Of a DNA stretch of 64,000 nt, positions 52,458 through 63,478 are shown in pieces. The notes beneath the pieces are model-generated. The model was not told where the DNA came from. It searched no databases and saw only the letters and a program-made list of their open reading frames with translations. The stretch spans positions 1 to 64,000 of the forward strand of contig CAVRJG010000008.1 of NCBI GenBank assembly GCA_963721455.1, in the 5' to 3' direction. Positions within the stretch are counted from its first letter, which is position 1. Every line of letters starts with the position of its first letter. The position numbers and the translations under genes were made by a program. This DNA comes from an uncultured Methanosarcinaceae archaeon. Its GTDB lineage: Archaea; Halobacteriota; Methanosarcinia; Methanosarcinales; Methanosarcinaceae.

Positions 52458-54062
52458 ATGGATAAGAAGATTGCACTGACTGCATTACTTGCCGTTTTCA
52501 TCTTCTCGGGCCTCTCAACTGCCGCCCTTGCGGCAGAAGATATCGAGTGGGTAGAGAAAATGGACGCAGCAAAACTGTACTGGGGAGATACCGTAACAGT
52601 CGAAGGCTACGTTATAAAGGCAGAAGATTTCAACGAAGAGAAGATGGTGTTCGTTTCGATCTCAAAGGATGGGGAAAAACTAAAGACTGCTCCTCTTTCC
52701 GCAGGGTTTGAAGCCATATATAATGATGAGATAAAGGTTTATGCCCAGAATGTAGATCCAAATTATGAAACTATCACTAATGGCGGAAAGGAATTCAGGA
52801 CAGGAAATTCGAATCCTTATGCCGAGCTGGATATTCTTATAAAAGGAAAGCCGAATTTTGACATAGACGTTGAAACCAAAAAAAATACATATGATTCTAA
52901 ATCGACTGGAGATAGTAGAATCGACGTAGTTATAAAACTTAAGAATGACGGAAAAGCAAAAGCCGAAGATGTAGTACTGACCGTCGACACAGCTGGAATG
53001 GAGATACTTAAAGGAAAACCGAGGTACACATTTACAGAAGTTGTTAAAGACACGACTCTTGAACCTGTGAATCTCACATTGAAAGCACCCACTCCGTGGG
53101 AAGATACTGACCTTAATATAACTGCAAAAACCATGTGCGTGGATGCAAAGGACGAGAAGTATGAAAATGTGGGTTCCAAAATCATAAAAATAGAAAAAAA
53201 ATGGGGCCTTGTTATTTCAAAGATTGTTACAAAAGATAACCACATGGGGAAGCCTGTACATGTCTCGGTCAATGTCCGGAACGAAGGGCTCTGCGACATA
53301 AACAATATCGTACTTAAGGATTCGATCGCTCCCGAAATGCACCTTCAGAAAGACGCGGTGCTCGATAAGACGCTTTCTCTTAAATCCGGAGAAAAAGCTG
53401 AAAAGGTTTTTGAGTATACACTGATTCCTGAAAAGCCTGGAGAATTTACCTTCCCGAAAACCATGGCTGCCTTCACCCTTCCCAATGGACAGGACGCAGA
53501 AGCGGGTTCTAATAATTCGGAAAAGATAAAAATTTATGGGCCCGAGATAATAATTACGAAAACCGTTGACAGGCAGCAGCTAAATCCAGGAGATGAACTG
53601 ACTGTAACGGTCACTGCAAAGAACACCGGAAACGTTGATGCAAGTGTAACAGTAACCGACACCGTACCTCCGGAAGCTAAATTAATAAGCGGGGAAACGA
53701 ATTTCAAGCAGATTCTCGGAAGCGATGGCGGTTCAAAAACAATAACTTACATCCTGCAAATGAATAAAGAAGGGGAAATCAAACTGCCTGCATGCGAAGC
53801 AAGTTTCCTCGACCTTGATAAATACTCAGGAGAAGTGAGTTCAGAAACTCCTGTTGTTTATGTAGGAATACCGATCCCTCTCGATGGAAATAGCGCGCAT
53901 CCGGAAGACTCAACCGAATCTAACCAGGAAAAAAATGGATCCGACCAGGTGGGAACCAACGGTACGGAAGAAGATGATGAAGAAACTCCCGGATTTGGCT
54001 CTATACTTGCTGTAGCAGGACTTCTTACGGTCACAGGCGTACTAAGAAAGAGAAGCGCCTGA
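52458..54062 (+). CDS. Cell-surface protein with DUF11/BatD-like Ig domains and a PGF-CTERM sorting signal
   Basis: Signal peptide MDKKIALTALL; repeated V.N.G..D beta-sandwich motifs; ends TPGF-TM-RKR. Confidence 0.85.
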   Translation: MDKKIALTALLAVFIFSGLSTAALAAEDIEWVEKMDAAKLYWGDTVTVEGYVIKAEDFNEEKMVFVSISKDGEKLKTAPLSAGFEAIYNDEIKVYAQNVDPNYETITNGGKEFRTGNSNPYAELDILIKGKPNFDIDVETKKNTYDSKSTGDSRIDVVIKLKNDGKAKAEDVVLTVDTAGMEILKGKPRYTFTEVVKDTTLEPVNLTLKAPTPWEDTDLNITAKTMCVDAKDEKYENVGSKIIKIEKKWGLVISKIVTKDNHMGKPVHVSVNVRNEGLCDINNIVLKDSIAPEMHLQKDAVLDKTLSLKSGEKAEKVFEYTLIPEKPGEFTFPKTMAAFTLPNGQDAEAGSNNSEKIKIYGPEIIITKTVDRQQLNPGDELTVTVTAKNTGNVDASVTVTDTVPPEAKLISGETNFKQILGSDGGSKTITYILQMNKEGEIKLPACEASFLDLDKYSGEVSSETPVVYVGIPIPLDGNSAHPEDSTESNQEKNGSDQVGTNGTEEDDEETPGFGSILAVAGLLTVTGVLRKRSA

Positions 54063-54331
54063 TAAAACTGGAAGAAAGATTTCGGACGCTCTGGAGTTTC
54101 CAGGGCACCCATCCCCCGCTTTTTAATACTTTTAATATTTTGATTTAATCACTTTTATTACTTTTTTCATTACCTGGCCTGATCTTTCCTGCCAGTTCTC
54201 AAAAGCAATACGTTAATGCAAGCTTCTTTTTACCTTGGGACCCGTTTGAGTAAAAAATAAAAATTTAACAATACGAAAATAAATATCTTCATGACTTTCC
54301 GAAAGTACAAAAGCAGAAGCTGGAAAGTAAA

Positions 54332-54377
54332 AAACAGAGGCTCAATGCTGTCATAAACAGAGGCTCAGTGCTGTCAT
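54332..54377. repeat. 23-bp tandem duplication
   Basis: AAACAGAGGCTCA(A/G)TGCTGTCAT x2. Confidence 0.88.
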
Positions 54378-54438
54378 TAAAAAAGAAACATAATTTATTG
54401 ATACAGAATTTCTTGATACGGGAAAAAGGGATCAACGC

Positions 54439-55416
54439 ATGAAAGAACCCCAAAACCAGCTTAAAGCGAAAACCCTGATTCTTACCCACGGAGATTCGGA
54501 TGGGATCTGCTCGGGTGCAATTGCAAAAACAGCTTATCCGGATGCATATGTATATTTTACAAATCCGGTTAGCCTTCTTGACGAACTAAAGCTTATAGAG
54601 GATGTGGAGACCCTTATTATCTGCGATATTGCAATCGACGAAAGACACTGCTCCGAGCTGAGTGCAGTGCTTAACGAATTTGCAGAAAAATGCAGCCTTT
54701 ATTATATTGACCACCACCCCCTTCCGGAAAGCTGTGAGAGAGAAAGCTGGTTCTATCATGATGTCGAAGCCTGTGCCTCCGAGCTGACCTACAGGCTCTT
54801 TGAGGACCGCCTGGACAGGGATATGCGGAGGATAGCAATCTACGGAGCGATCGGGGATTTCTGCGACAACACCCCCCATGTAAAGAACTGGGTCAAGGAT
54901 TGGGACAAAAGGAGCCTTTATTTCCAGGCCGGAACTCTGACCCAGGCAATCCTTTATAATGGAAAGGAATACGAATTTAAGAGAAAACTGCTCGAGCCCC
55001 TCTCAAAAGATACGATCCCTTCAAATATCCCTGAGCTTCTTGAGCTTGCCGGGGAAGCTGCAATTAACGAAGAAAAAATCCGGCTCTTTGTTAAAGAAAA
55101 CGTGGAAATTCTGAGAAACAGCGCGTATATTGTAAATACGAATAACTCCATTTCAAAGGCAGCGATCTATGCAGCCTCCTACGGCAGACGGGAAGTGGGA
55201 ATTGCAGCCGAGTACCGCGAGAGAAAGGACGCTTATGACCTGAGTATCCGCTCCCGGGGAAAGGTTGACGTAAACCGTATTCTCCGTTCAGTCGCCCCGA
55301 AATTCGGAGGAAGCGGCGGAGGACACCCTCTTGCAGCAGGAGCGCGCATCCCCGAAAATTCCCTTGAGGCTTTCCTCAGGGCTTTTGATAAAGCACTAGG
55401 AGAGGCAAATGGGTAA
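54439..55416 (+). CDS. DHH/DHHA1 phosphoesterase
   Basis: HGDSDG, CDIA, IDHH, SIRSR and GGGHPLAAG. Confidence 0.9.
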   Translation: MKEPQNQLKAKTLILTHGDSDGICSGAIAKTAYPDAYVYFTNPVSLLDELKLIEDVETLIICDIAIDERHCSELSAVLNEFAEKCSLYYIDHHPLPESCERESWFYHDVEACASELTYRLFEDRLDRDMRRIAIYGAIGDFCDNTPHVKNWVKDWDKRSLYFQAGTLTQAILYNGKEYEFKRKLLEPLSKDTIPSNIPELLELAGEAAINEEKIRLFVKENVEILRNSAYIVNTNNSISKAAIYAASYGRREVGIAAEYRERKDAYDLSIRSRGKVDVNRILRSVAPKFGGSGGGHPLAAGARIPENSLEAFLRAFDKALGEANG

Positions 55417-55537
55417 AAAACAACGGAACCAGCAATCGGAGAGCTATGTGACCACGCCGACGATGCCGTTTTCGATCAAACATTTTAAAAAAGTTTTCGC
55501 TCAAGCCTTTTTTGAAAAGGCTTGGAGGTAAAAAACA

Positions 55538-56167
55538 ATGGAAACCACTAAAACTGCAGCTGAAAGCGGTATAAATCTTGAAATTATTTTTGTAGGCCGC
55601 TCAAACGTGGGCAAATCCTCCCTGCTCAGGGAGCTCTTCGGGGCAAAAGTAAGGGTTGGAAGACGTCCAGGCGTTACCCTGCGTCCCAGACACGCCCAGG
55701 CCTCGGACCTTCTTATCACGGATATGCCGGGCTTCGGCTTCATGAGCGGAGTGAAAGACCGGAAGCAGGATATTGTAAAAGACCAAACAATACGCTATAT
55801 CGAAGATAATGCCGAAAGGATCAAAATCGGGGTCCTTGTAATAGACGGCCCGGCTTTCCCTCAAATAGCCGACCGCTGGGACTCGAGGGACCAGATCCCG
55901 GTAGACATTGAAATGTTCGATTTCATGAGGGAGGTAGGAATTGACACTATTGTTGCTGCGAACAAGATGGACAAAGTAAAAGAAGACGAGCATGACCCTC
56001 TCCTTGATGGAATTACAGGCCGCCTCGGGCTTAAGCCTCCCTGGCAGAACTGGAAACACCTGATAGCCCCTATCAGCGCCAAGAAAGGAGACCTGAAAGC
56101 CATAAAGGGCCTTCTTCGGGACAGGCTGCACGAAATGAAAAGAGATGACCTGTTCAAGTATGTTTGA
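55538..56167 (+). CDS. engB: GTP-binding protein EngB/YihA
   Basis: GRSNVGKS, PGVT, DMPGFG, NKMD and SAK. Confidence 0.93.
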   Translation: METTKTAAESGINLEIIFVGRSNVGKSSLLRELFGAKVRVGRRPGVTLRPRHAQASDLLITDMPGFGFMSGVKDRKQDIVKDQTIRYIEDNAERIKIGVLVIDGPAFPQIADRWDSRDQIPVDIEMFDFMREVGIDTIVAANKMDKVKEDEHDPLLDGITGRLGLKPPWQNWKHLIAPISAKKGDLKAIKGLLRDRLHEMKRDDLFKYV

Positions 56168-56259
56168 TTCCTTTCTTAAGCAGGCCAGTTTATCACTTTA
56201 TTTCAATCTTTTTTGGAAAATAGTAAAGGAACAGAGCCATTCAAGGTATTTAGAGCCAT

Positions 56260-57966
56260 TTACATCCGTTTCATCTGCTGGCTGTATACGCGCCCTATCC
56301 TCTGGATTGTATCCGCTTCTTCGGGGTCTTTATCGTCCCGGATGCGGATGAAGCGGGGAAAACGCAGTGCAAAGCCCGAGTCGTAGTTGGGGCTTTTCTG
56401 GATTTCCTCAAAAGCGATTTCCAGAACGACCTTCGGCCTGACTGCAAATACCCCGCCTGCTTCCCCGCCTTCCATTAATCCGGAAAGTATTTCCGTGAGT
56501 TCCTTTAGCTGCTCATCGGTCAGGCCTGTACCGACCTTACCGACCTGCATGAAGCGGGAAGTATCAGGGTCATAGCAGGCAACAGTGTAAGAGCCTATAA
56601 GGTTTGCACGCCTGCCAAAGCCCCATTCAGCTCCCACAACTACAAGGTCAAGGGTTTCCATAAGGGGCTTTTTCTTTAGCCAGTTTTTGCCGCGCTTGCC
56701 GGGGGAATAAACTGAATTCGGGTTTTTGACCATCAAGCCTTCGTGCCCGGCTTTCAAGGCTTCCCTATAAATCTTTTCCACGACCTCCAGATCTCCGGTT
56801 ATCACCTGTTTGTCCACGCAGATGGATTTTGAGTCCTCAACTGAACTCTCCACGCAGGACTCAAGCGCTTTTCGCCGCTCTAGAAGAGGAAGGTCAATCA
56901 GCGTTTTGCCATTCAGGTACATAATGTCAAAAAGGTTGAGCTGGATAGGGATTCCAAGCGCTTTCTCTTCCACATCGTATTTGCGCCGGAAACGTTTAAG
57001 AATTTCCTGAAAGGCCCTGGGCTTCCCGTTTTCGTCCACTGCAACGGCTTCTCCGTCAAGGATTGCAGACTCAGCCTTTACGTGTTTACGGATTATTTCC
57101 ACAAGATCCGGGAGGGAGTTCGTGACATTTTCCAGTTTTCGTGAAAAAAGGGTAACCGAGTTTCCATCCTTGTGGATCTGCACTCTTGCTCCATCGAATT
57201 TCCATTCAATTGCAGCTTCTTTCATGTCCCTTATATCGGCATCTATGTCAGGGCTGATCTGCGAGAGCATCACCCTGATCGGGCGGTTGATTTCAATTCC
57301 CAGGTGTTCCAGGGCTTCTATCCCGCCTTTCTTGGCAGCCGCAGCCACTATCCCGAGGTCATTTGTGACCATAAAGGAGTGCTCAACCATATCAGGAGGG
57401 ACGGAAAAAGCCTTTGCGATGGCATCCCTTACAACGCCTTCCCCGACACCTATACGGAGTTCTTCAAGCGCAAGCCTGGAAATATACTTTGCTTCCCTTG
57501 GGGTTGAGGAGTTAAAGAGAAACTGAAGGTTTTTGACCTTAATTTCCTGCGAGCCCTTTCCCGAGGCTTCGGAAGCCGTCTTGAAGCGTTTATAAACTTC
57601 AGTTATTGAGAGTTCCGGCTGTTCTTCGAGAAAAGAAGAAAAAGTGACCTGATTTTTCCGTTTTTCCTTAAGGATAAGAAGCGATGTATCTCCTATGTCT
57701 CCAGTTGTCCGGATAAGAGATTCTATGCTTTTTATAGACATTCCCGAGGCTTTGGAGAGGGAAACATACAGCAGGCTCGTGCCAATTCCCAGTTGCTCCC
57801 CACTCCAGGCAGGAAAAACCTCACTCATGATAAAGTGAGTTGCAATGGGCAACTCTTCTACATCAACTTTTTTAAGAAGATCAGCAACCCTGTTTGTAGT
57901 ATCGATAGTACTCGATATTTTTTCAATTGCCTGGCAGGTTTCTGCAAATTCCCTGAAGCTTGTCAT
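56260..57966 (-). CDS. lig: ATP-dependent DNA ligase
   Basis: [23 protein letters not shown] and LRFPRF..R.DK. Confidence 0.97.
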   Translation of the reverse strand: MTSFREFAETCQAIEKISSTIDTTNRVADLLKKVDVEELPIATHFIMSEVFPAWSGEQLGIGTSLLYVSLSKASGMSIKSIESLIRTTGDIGDTSLLILKEKRKNQVTFSSFLEEQPELSITEVYKRFKTASEASGKGSQEIKVKNLQFLFNSSTPREAKYISRLALEELRIGVGEGVVRDAIAKAFSVPPDMVEHSFMVTNDLGIVAAAAKKGGIEALEHLGIEINRPIRVMLSQISPDIDADIRDMKEAAIEWKFDGARVQIHKDGNSVTLFSRKLENVTNSLPDLVEIIRKHVKAESAILDGEAVAVDENGKPRAFQEILKRFRRKYDVEEKALGIPIQLNLFDIMYLNGKTLIDLPLLERRKALESCVESSVEDSKSICVDKQVITGDLEVVEKIYREALKAGHEGLMVKNPNSVYSPGKRGKNWLKKKPLMETLDLVVVGAEWGFGRRANLIGSYTVACYDPDTSRFMQVGKVGTGLTDEQLKELTEILSGLMEGGEAGGVFAVRPKVVLEIAFEEIQKSPNYDSGFALRFPRFIRIRDDKDPEEADTIQRIGRVYSQQMKRM

Positions 57967-58030
57967 AATCCACGCAGCTTTTTTATTTTATTTTTTTTCG
58001 AATTCGGGTTTTTGCCCGAATTCTTAACCC

Positions 58031-59029
58031 TTATCGGTTCCCGTAAATTGAGATCAGGTCGCTGAGAATCGCACTTGCTGTTTCAATCGGGCCTGCACCC
58101 TTACCCGTAACCGTAATTTCTCCTGCAAGTTCAGTGTCTACTGACGCCACATTCAGGGTTCCTCCGACTGCAAGGGGATGGTTGATCGGTACAAGCCTTG
58201 GGGCTACATGGATTCTCTCCCTGCTAACTTCCCCTATAAGTTTGATCACATGTCCCCTTTCATAAGCCATCTCCAGGGCTTCAGGCGTGACCTTTGTGAT
58301 TCCTGTAACTTCAACGTCCCTGTAAGTAGCATTAAGTCCGAAGATTGCATTGGCAAGAATTACCAGTTTGCAGGCTGTGTCAATCCCTTCCACGTCATAC
58401 CTAGGGTCGGTTTCAGCAATCCCAAGCTGCATGGACTCGGCAAGAATGTCAGTGTAACTTGCCCTTTCCTCCAGCATCCTTGTCAGGATATAGTTGCAGG
58501 TTCCGTTCAGTATCCCTTTGATGCTTTTAACCTTATTGCCTGCAAGAACTTCATTTACCAGGTTAATAATCGGCATTGAACCGCCGACCGCAGCTTCGAA
58601 CCTGAAATTTGACCCGGCTGCTTTTGCGGTTTCCACGAGTTCCCTGTAATTAAGGGTAAGAGGCCCTTTATTGGAAGTGATAACGTCCTTTCCGGTTTGG
58701 AAGGCTGCAAGCATGTTTTGTAGACCTGCCCCGCCGGTTTTGATATTTGTAGGAGTAGTCTCGATTACCAGTTCATGGTCTACGGATCTGATGACTTCGA
58801 CTCCGGTAATATTTTCAAGGGCGACAGTTCCACTTATTCTCTTGCGGGCGAGGCAGTCGGCAAGGTCCACACCCTGGGGATTAACAGTGGCACCTTTTGA
58901 GTCCACAACAGCGACCACTTTCACTTCCAACCCGATACTTTCCAGATACTCTTTTTTCATAAGGAGTACCTCGGCCACACCCTGTCCGATTGCACCGAAC
59001 CCGAGAATCGAACAACACACTGTCTTCAT
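58031..59029 (-). CDS. hom: Homoserine dehydrogenase
   Basis: GFGAIG, TSNKG, FEAAVGG, GILNGT, DVEGID and GAGPIETASA. Confidence 0.96.
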   Translation of the reverse strand: MKTVCCSILGFGAIGQGVAEVLLMKKEYLESIGLEVKVVAVVDSKGATVNPQGVDLADCLARKRISGTVALENITGVEVIRSVDHELVIETTPTNIKTGGAGLQNMLAAFQTGKDVITSNKGPLTLNYRELVETAKAAGSNFRFEAAVGGSMPIINLVNEVLAGNKVKSIKGILNGTCNYILTRMLEERASYTDILAESMQLGIAETDPRYDVEGIDTACKLVILANAIFGLNATYRDVEVTGITKVTPEALEMAYERGHVIKLIGEVSRERIHVAPRLVPINHPLAVGGTLNVASVDTELAGEITVTGKGAGPIETASAILSDLISIYGNR

Positions 59030-59055
59030 GTTTTCAAACTCCTAAAAACTATTTT

Positions 59056-59559
59056 TCAGGCCTGGATATCTATTGGAAGAACCATCAGCAGGTCTTTTTT
59101 TGCCGAGACTTCTTTCAGGATGTTGAGTGCCGTTTGCAGATCCTCTTTGCCCACAGCATCGATTCTTATAAGGGCTGAAGAAAGCAGATTGATACCTGGC
59201 ATGGAAAGGGAAAGATCCACAACCTCGGCAAATCCTGTCTTGTCAATCTCATCAATCGTATCCTGAATCCCTGTATGAACTACATGCCCTATGAGAACTA
59301 CGTTTATGCTCTCCCTGAAACGATGTTCTCCGACTCTGACGACCCTGATTCCGCTTTCTTCCAGTTTGGCCTTTATTATTTCAATGCTTTCAGGCCTGGT
59401 TTCAAGTACGAGCTGTACAGGCACTGTTTTTCGGGGGGTTCTCTTCTGATGGTGATGTAATACGGTTATCAGGTTAGCCTTACATTCCGAAAGAGGCTGG
59501 AGGGCTAAAAGCATCTGCCCGGGTACATCTTTTAGTTCAATGTCCATGGAAACTCGCAT
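59056..59559 (-). CDS. ACT-domain protein (allosteric regulator of homoserine dehydrogenase)
   Basis: ELKDVPGQ ACT signature and VLIGHVVHT; immediately upstream of hom. Confidence 0.85.
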   Translation of the reverse strand: MRVSMDIELKDVPGQMLLALQPLSECKANLITVLHHHQKRTPRKTVPVQLVLETRPESIEIIKAKLEESGIRVVRVGEHRFRESINVVLIGHVVHTGIQDTIDEIDKTGFAEVVDLSLSMPGINLLSSALIRIDAVGKEDLQTALNILKEVSAKKDLLMVLPIDIQA

Positions 59560-59986
59560 GTTGTCCCTCGTGCACTTTGTAACAATCACTTGTGCAATTT
59601 AAATAATAATTTACCAATCTATCAATATTCATATCCAGCAGCTTACTCTCGAGGTTGTTCAAGGTTGTAGTAATATATCAGAGTATCCGGTTCCAGTCCA
59701 GCCATGCAGCTTCTTAAACCTCATTTTCATAACCTCATTTACAAACATGTTCCCGCGAAGCAAGACCCTGTTACTCTGATTTTATTATTAACATACTTAT
59801 TCAGTAAGCAATCTGCGGGGCATAAGAAATCAAAAAGGGTATTCAAATACGTCGCACATCCGATCTTTCAAATACTGTTAACCCTTTCTGTTGCTTAGTA
59901 GATTAATTAAGTTATATAGTTTGCTGTTTATGGTCTTTCAAAAGAGACTATTAGAGTACTATATTCTGCTTAGAATTATATTCTGT

Positions 59987-60028
59987 TTATTCCTTCTTAC
60001 TTTCATGTTATTCCTTCTTACTTTCACG
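59987..60028. repeat. 21-bp tandem duplication of a gene end
   Basis: TTATTCCTTCTTACTTTCA(T/C)G x2, duplicating the last codons and stop of the 60008-61054 gene. Confidence 0.88.
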
Positions 60029-61054
60029 TTCTGTCCGCTTGGGAAGATGAATGTCCGGAATGCGGATTATATTTCCTCTTCCTCTTTTGAATTTCTCGAC
60101 CAGCCCGCGCTCTTCAAGATCCGAAAGCATAAGACTGACTTTGGACTCTGAATACGGAGACTTTTTCCGGAGTTCTCTCTGGGTGATCCGGTTTCCGCTA
60201 GCTCGGACTAGATCCAGGAGTTCCTTGAGATCCTCAGGCAGATTGATTTTTGAATTATCCAGAACTTCGGGACTCGATTTATCCGGCTCCCCATTATAGA
60301 AAGAAGAATCCGGTATATTCGGGCCCTCTTCTTCAGGCTTAACCCTCTGCTGCACAAATTTACCAGTTTCAGGTGTGTATCCTGCCTTTTCAGCAATAGC
60401 GGGCAGTTCAGGGCTTGCCTCCGGAACTTCAACGATATCCTCTGCCGAGCCTGTTTCGGTCTCCTCAGAAAATGTTGCGTCCTTTATGGGGCTCTCAGGC
60501 TGCAACAGGTATGGTTCTCGGCTTCCTCCCGGAAACAGGGCTGTTGTCTCAGGAGGTTTTTCCCGCCTCTTTTTTAAAAAGTAGCCAGCCAGCAACAGGA
60601 CTATCAGGGCAAGGAAAGCAGAAACTAAAATGGTATTTTGAGAGCTTGCCCCGGATGTAAGCCCAGGCTCTTCATAATCCAGATTGGGAAGTTCGAATTC
60701 ATCCTGGTCCAGGAGTCCTTCATCATAGAGTGGGAACAGGAGAAGGTCATGCACATACTCTCCTTCATCTGAAATTACAACCTCTTCGTGAGCTTTATAA
60801 ACGACCTTGCTTCCCTCAAGATAGTTGGCAGTTATCTGGTAGGTCCCAGGGGTAAGATTGAAAGAATATTGCGAATCCGTTGCAACAACGTACTGTTCCG
60901 GGGTAGAATTAATTTCAACCACTGCATTATCAAGAGGCTTGAAACTATCCCACTCGTAAACGGTCCCGTGAATTGTGGCCGCAATTGCATTTCCCTGAAA
61001 AAACATAAGGAAAAAGAAAATACAGGCGATCCTGCAGAGCTTTCTAAAATTCAC
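60008..61054 (-). CDS. Membrane-anchored protein with an extracellular beta domain and a C-terminal winged-HTH (COG2512-like)
   Basis: Signal peptide; ATIHGTVY..G.YSF.L.PG.Y.I.A domain; TM followed by KKRR; P/E-rich linker; GNRITQRELRK...SKVSLMLSDLEERGLVEKFKRGRGN. Confidence 0.82.
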   Translation of the reverse strand: MNFRKLCRIACIFFFLMFFQGNAIAATIHGTVYEWDSFKPLDNAVVEINSTPEQYVVATDSQYSFNLTPGTYQITANYLEGSKVVYKAHEEVVISDEGEYVHDLLLFPLYDEGLLDQDEFELPNLDYEEPGLTSGASSQNTILVSAFLALIVLLLAGYFLKKRREKPPETTALFPGGSREPYLLQPESPIKDATFSEETETGSAEDIVEVPEASPELPAIAEKAGYTPETGKFVQQRVKPEEEGPNIPDSSFYNGEPDKSSPEVLDNSKINLPEDLKELLDLVRASGNRITQRELRKKSPYSESKVSLMLSDLEERGLVEKFKRGRGNIIRIPDIHLPKRTERESKKE

Positions 61055-61128
61055 GCAATGTTAAATGGTTTTTTAACATAAATCTTTTGCTTTTCTTTAC
61101 AGAGATGTATAAAATAATAAAAGCTGAT

Positions 61129-61168
61129 TAAAGCTTTATCAAGAAAATAGAGAATGTATCAAGCTTGA
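61129..61168. promoter_or_regulatory. Two perfect 10-bp palindromes 30 bp apart in a divergent promoter
   Basis: TAAAGCTTTA (61129-61138) and TCAAGCTTGA (61159-61168). Confidence 0.4.
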
Positions 61169-61269
61169 AAATCCGTATGTGTCTGTTAATCAAACTCATT
61201 CCGAAAAGAATGCTTATATCTACCTTATTCTATACAACAGTGTCATAACTTACAAAAGGAGGCAGTCAG

Positions 61270-62445
61270 ATGAAAAAATCAAGAATTATGCGATATCTGG
61301 CTTATCTTACGATCATATTGACATTGCTCAGTGCACTTCCAGGGGGCTCCCTTGCTGCCAAAGAATCTTCAGAACATGGAAATGGTAATCAGGATCAGTA
61401 TATGCGCGAAGATGCCCGCGGTTCATACAAGAATGAAACCGACAATTCAGGTGATACCAGAGATCCTGAGTCTGATACGGAACAGTTTCAGAACAATCTC
61501 AGCGTAAAAGACAGGAATAAAATTTCCGAATATAAACAGGAACGAAAGCAATTAAAAGAAGAACTCCAGTTTCATAAGAAGGAATACCAGGAAGAAAAAG
61601 GAGATTTTATTAAGATCAGGAATCGTATCCGGGCAGAAAAACTTGATCCAAACTCAGAAGAGGCTTTAAATGCTACAAGGATCTACCTTAACTCAAGCAT
61701 TAATTATATGATAGCTCACCTTTCAAATGTAAAGAGCAATATTGAATACTCAAACGGCAATGGAACAGAGGAAAAAATTGCTGCCATAGATGAAAAGATA
61801 AAATTGCTTGAAGTTGAGCAGGCACAGGTTGCAAACGCTTCCAGCCAGGAAGAGTTTGTGGTCGTTGTCAGATCCGTACGCGGAGTATGGAATAATGCCG
61901 AGAAAACCAGCCTTGCAGGCGCAGGACAGACTGTAAGTGAGAAAATAGGAAAATTTCTTGAAAAATCCGAAACCCTCTCTGAAAAACTTGGAACAAAAAT
62001 CGAGAGCCTGAAAGAAACCGATATTGACAAAGCTGACCTTGAGACAAAGCTTGCCAGCTACAAATTATATATAAAATCCGCGCAGGAGAAGAAAGAAGCG
62101 GCGGATTCCATTTACGGCGGTGAGAACATCACCCGGGAAAATATGGAAACGGCGAATAATTACCTGCGTCAATCTCTCAGTGATATCAGTAAAGCAAATA
62201 ACATACTCAGACAGATTTTCGACGAGCTGAAAGAGTACGAAATTGAAAAATATAACGAAACTGGAGTCGAAAACAGCCTGAAAACCGCACTCAACAATAC
62301 AAAAAATGTGACCGGTACAAACAATAGTTCATCTACTGTAAGCGGCACTCCTGTCAGTGGAAAGAAGGCTTCATATAAAGGAGAAAAAAATCTTAGCTCA
62401 GGAGATGAGACTGGAAACCTTACTGAAGAAAAATTACAGAATTGA
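61270..62445 (+). CDS. Secreted helical/coiled-coil hypothetical protein
   Basis: GGAGG RBS, signal peptide, E/K-rich heptads and many NxS/T sequons. Confidence 0.8.
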   Translation: MKKSRIMRYLAYLTIILTLLSALPGGSLAAKESSEHGNGNQDQYMREDARGSYKNETDNSGDTRDPESDTEQFQNNLSVKDRNKISEYKQERKQLKEELQFHKKEYQEEKGDFIKIRNRIRAEKLDPNSEEALNATRIYLNSSINYMIAHLSNVKSNIEYSNGNGTEEKIAAIDEKIKLLEVEQAQVANASSQEEFVVVVRSVRGVWNNAEKTSLAGAGQTVSEKIGKFLEKSETLSEKLGTKIESLKETDIDKADLETKLASYKLYIKSAQEKKEAADSIYGGENITRENMETANNYLRQSLSDISKANNILRQIFDELKEYEIEKYNETGVENSLKTALNNTKNVTGTNNSSSTVSGTPVSGKKASYKGEKNLSSGDETGNLTEEKLQN

Positions 62446-62456
62446 GGAGGCAGAAA

Positions 62457-62723
62457 ATGGTTAAATTCGCTCACCTGCTCGTACTGTCAGCTTTAATTGT
62501 CTGGCTTGCAGGATCCGGCTGTATCGGGAACAATACATCTGAAGTAAGAGAGTCAGGAGTAAATTCGGACGTTACTGAGACGCAGAATGGGGCACCATCC
62601 GAAGATCTGGAAATTGGGCTCACACAGGCCGAAATCCAGGCGCTTGATTCTGATATGGCAGCTCTCGAGGACTTGCTTATAATTGCAAGCATGGAAGAAG
62701 AGATAGTAATTGAAGACCTGTGA
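62457..62723 (+). CDS. Small acidic lipoprotein
   Basis: GAGGAGG RBS and lipobox LAGSGC. Confidence 0.75.
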   Translation: MVKFAHLLVLSALIVWLAGSGCIGNNTSEVRESGVNSDVTETQNGAPSEDLEIGLTQAEIQALDSDMAALEDLLIIASMEEEIVIEDL

Positions 62724-62764
62724 AATGGAAAGAAAATAAGTGAAAACTCAATTAAAAGCAGTTT

Positions 62765-63097
62765 TCACTTGAAAAACATCTTTTCTTTGTTTTTCATTCT
62801 CTGAATCTCGTCTTCCAGTATATCTACCCTTGATTCAAGTTCACGCATGTCTTTTCTGGTAAAGACGTCTGCTTTTGAGATAGAGTCCTGAATTTTCTCA
62901 GAGATTTTCTTTTCAAGGTCAACCTTCTGTTTTTTGCTTTCTTCAAGCATATCCTGGAGAACCTTTTTGCCTTCTTCCTTACTTATGTCTCCTTTATCGA
63001 CCAGGTCCTTTACAAGATCATTTATTTTATCTTCGGTCACTGCCCAGAGGCCGGCTCCTATGAGCCCGAGTTTTCTGACGGATTCCCTCATGTACAA
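62765..63097 (-). CDS. Phasin-like (granule-associated) protein
   Basis: LIGAGLWA.TEDKI...LVDKGDISKEEGKK...TRKDMRELESRVD.LE pattern. Confidence 0.7.
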   Translation of the reverse strand: MYMRESVRKLGLIGAGLWAVTEDKINDLVKDLVDKGDISKEEGKKVLQDMLEESKKQKVDLEKKISEKIQDSISKADVFTRKDMRELESRVDILEDEIQRMKNKEKMFFK

Positions 63098-63429
63098 ACA
63101 CTCGCTTTTGAATTATCAATCTGGAAAAAGTTTACATGAAATTATTAATCTGATATGGTCTTTAAGGGTGTATTAAAAGTTCCCCTATAATTAAAACCGT
63201 GCTTATATGTCTGTCTTCGAACCGGGGCCGTTCATATTATAGAGGATTTCGAAAAACATCAATTTGTGACTGGTTGCTTATAAATGATATATAAGCAATT
63301 TGTTGAAATCAGAGATTTATCGAAATTCTATATAGTCAAGGCAGGAAATATTTACACATATCAACAGAACAATAACTATAAATGACGCTTGAAATTGCAG
63401 TTAATTGTTGAGTTGCCTTTAATCCCAAA

Positions 63430-63445
63430 CGAAAATATATAAATA
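63430..63445 (+). promoter_or_regulatory. Archaeal BRE/TATA promoter of Hsp20 paralog 3
   Basis: CGAAAATATATAAATA; matches the paralog 2 promoter. Confidence 0.6.
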
Positions 63446-63478
63446 TATTAATTGGTGATGCTATTTGGGGGTAATTTG

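Noticed and set aside
59600-59980. Possible gene remnant upstream of the ACT gene
   Set aside because: No frame gave a recognisable motif.
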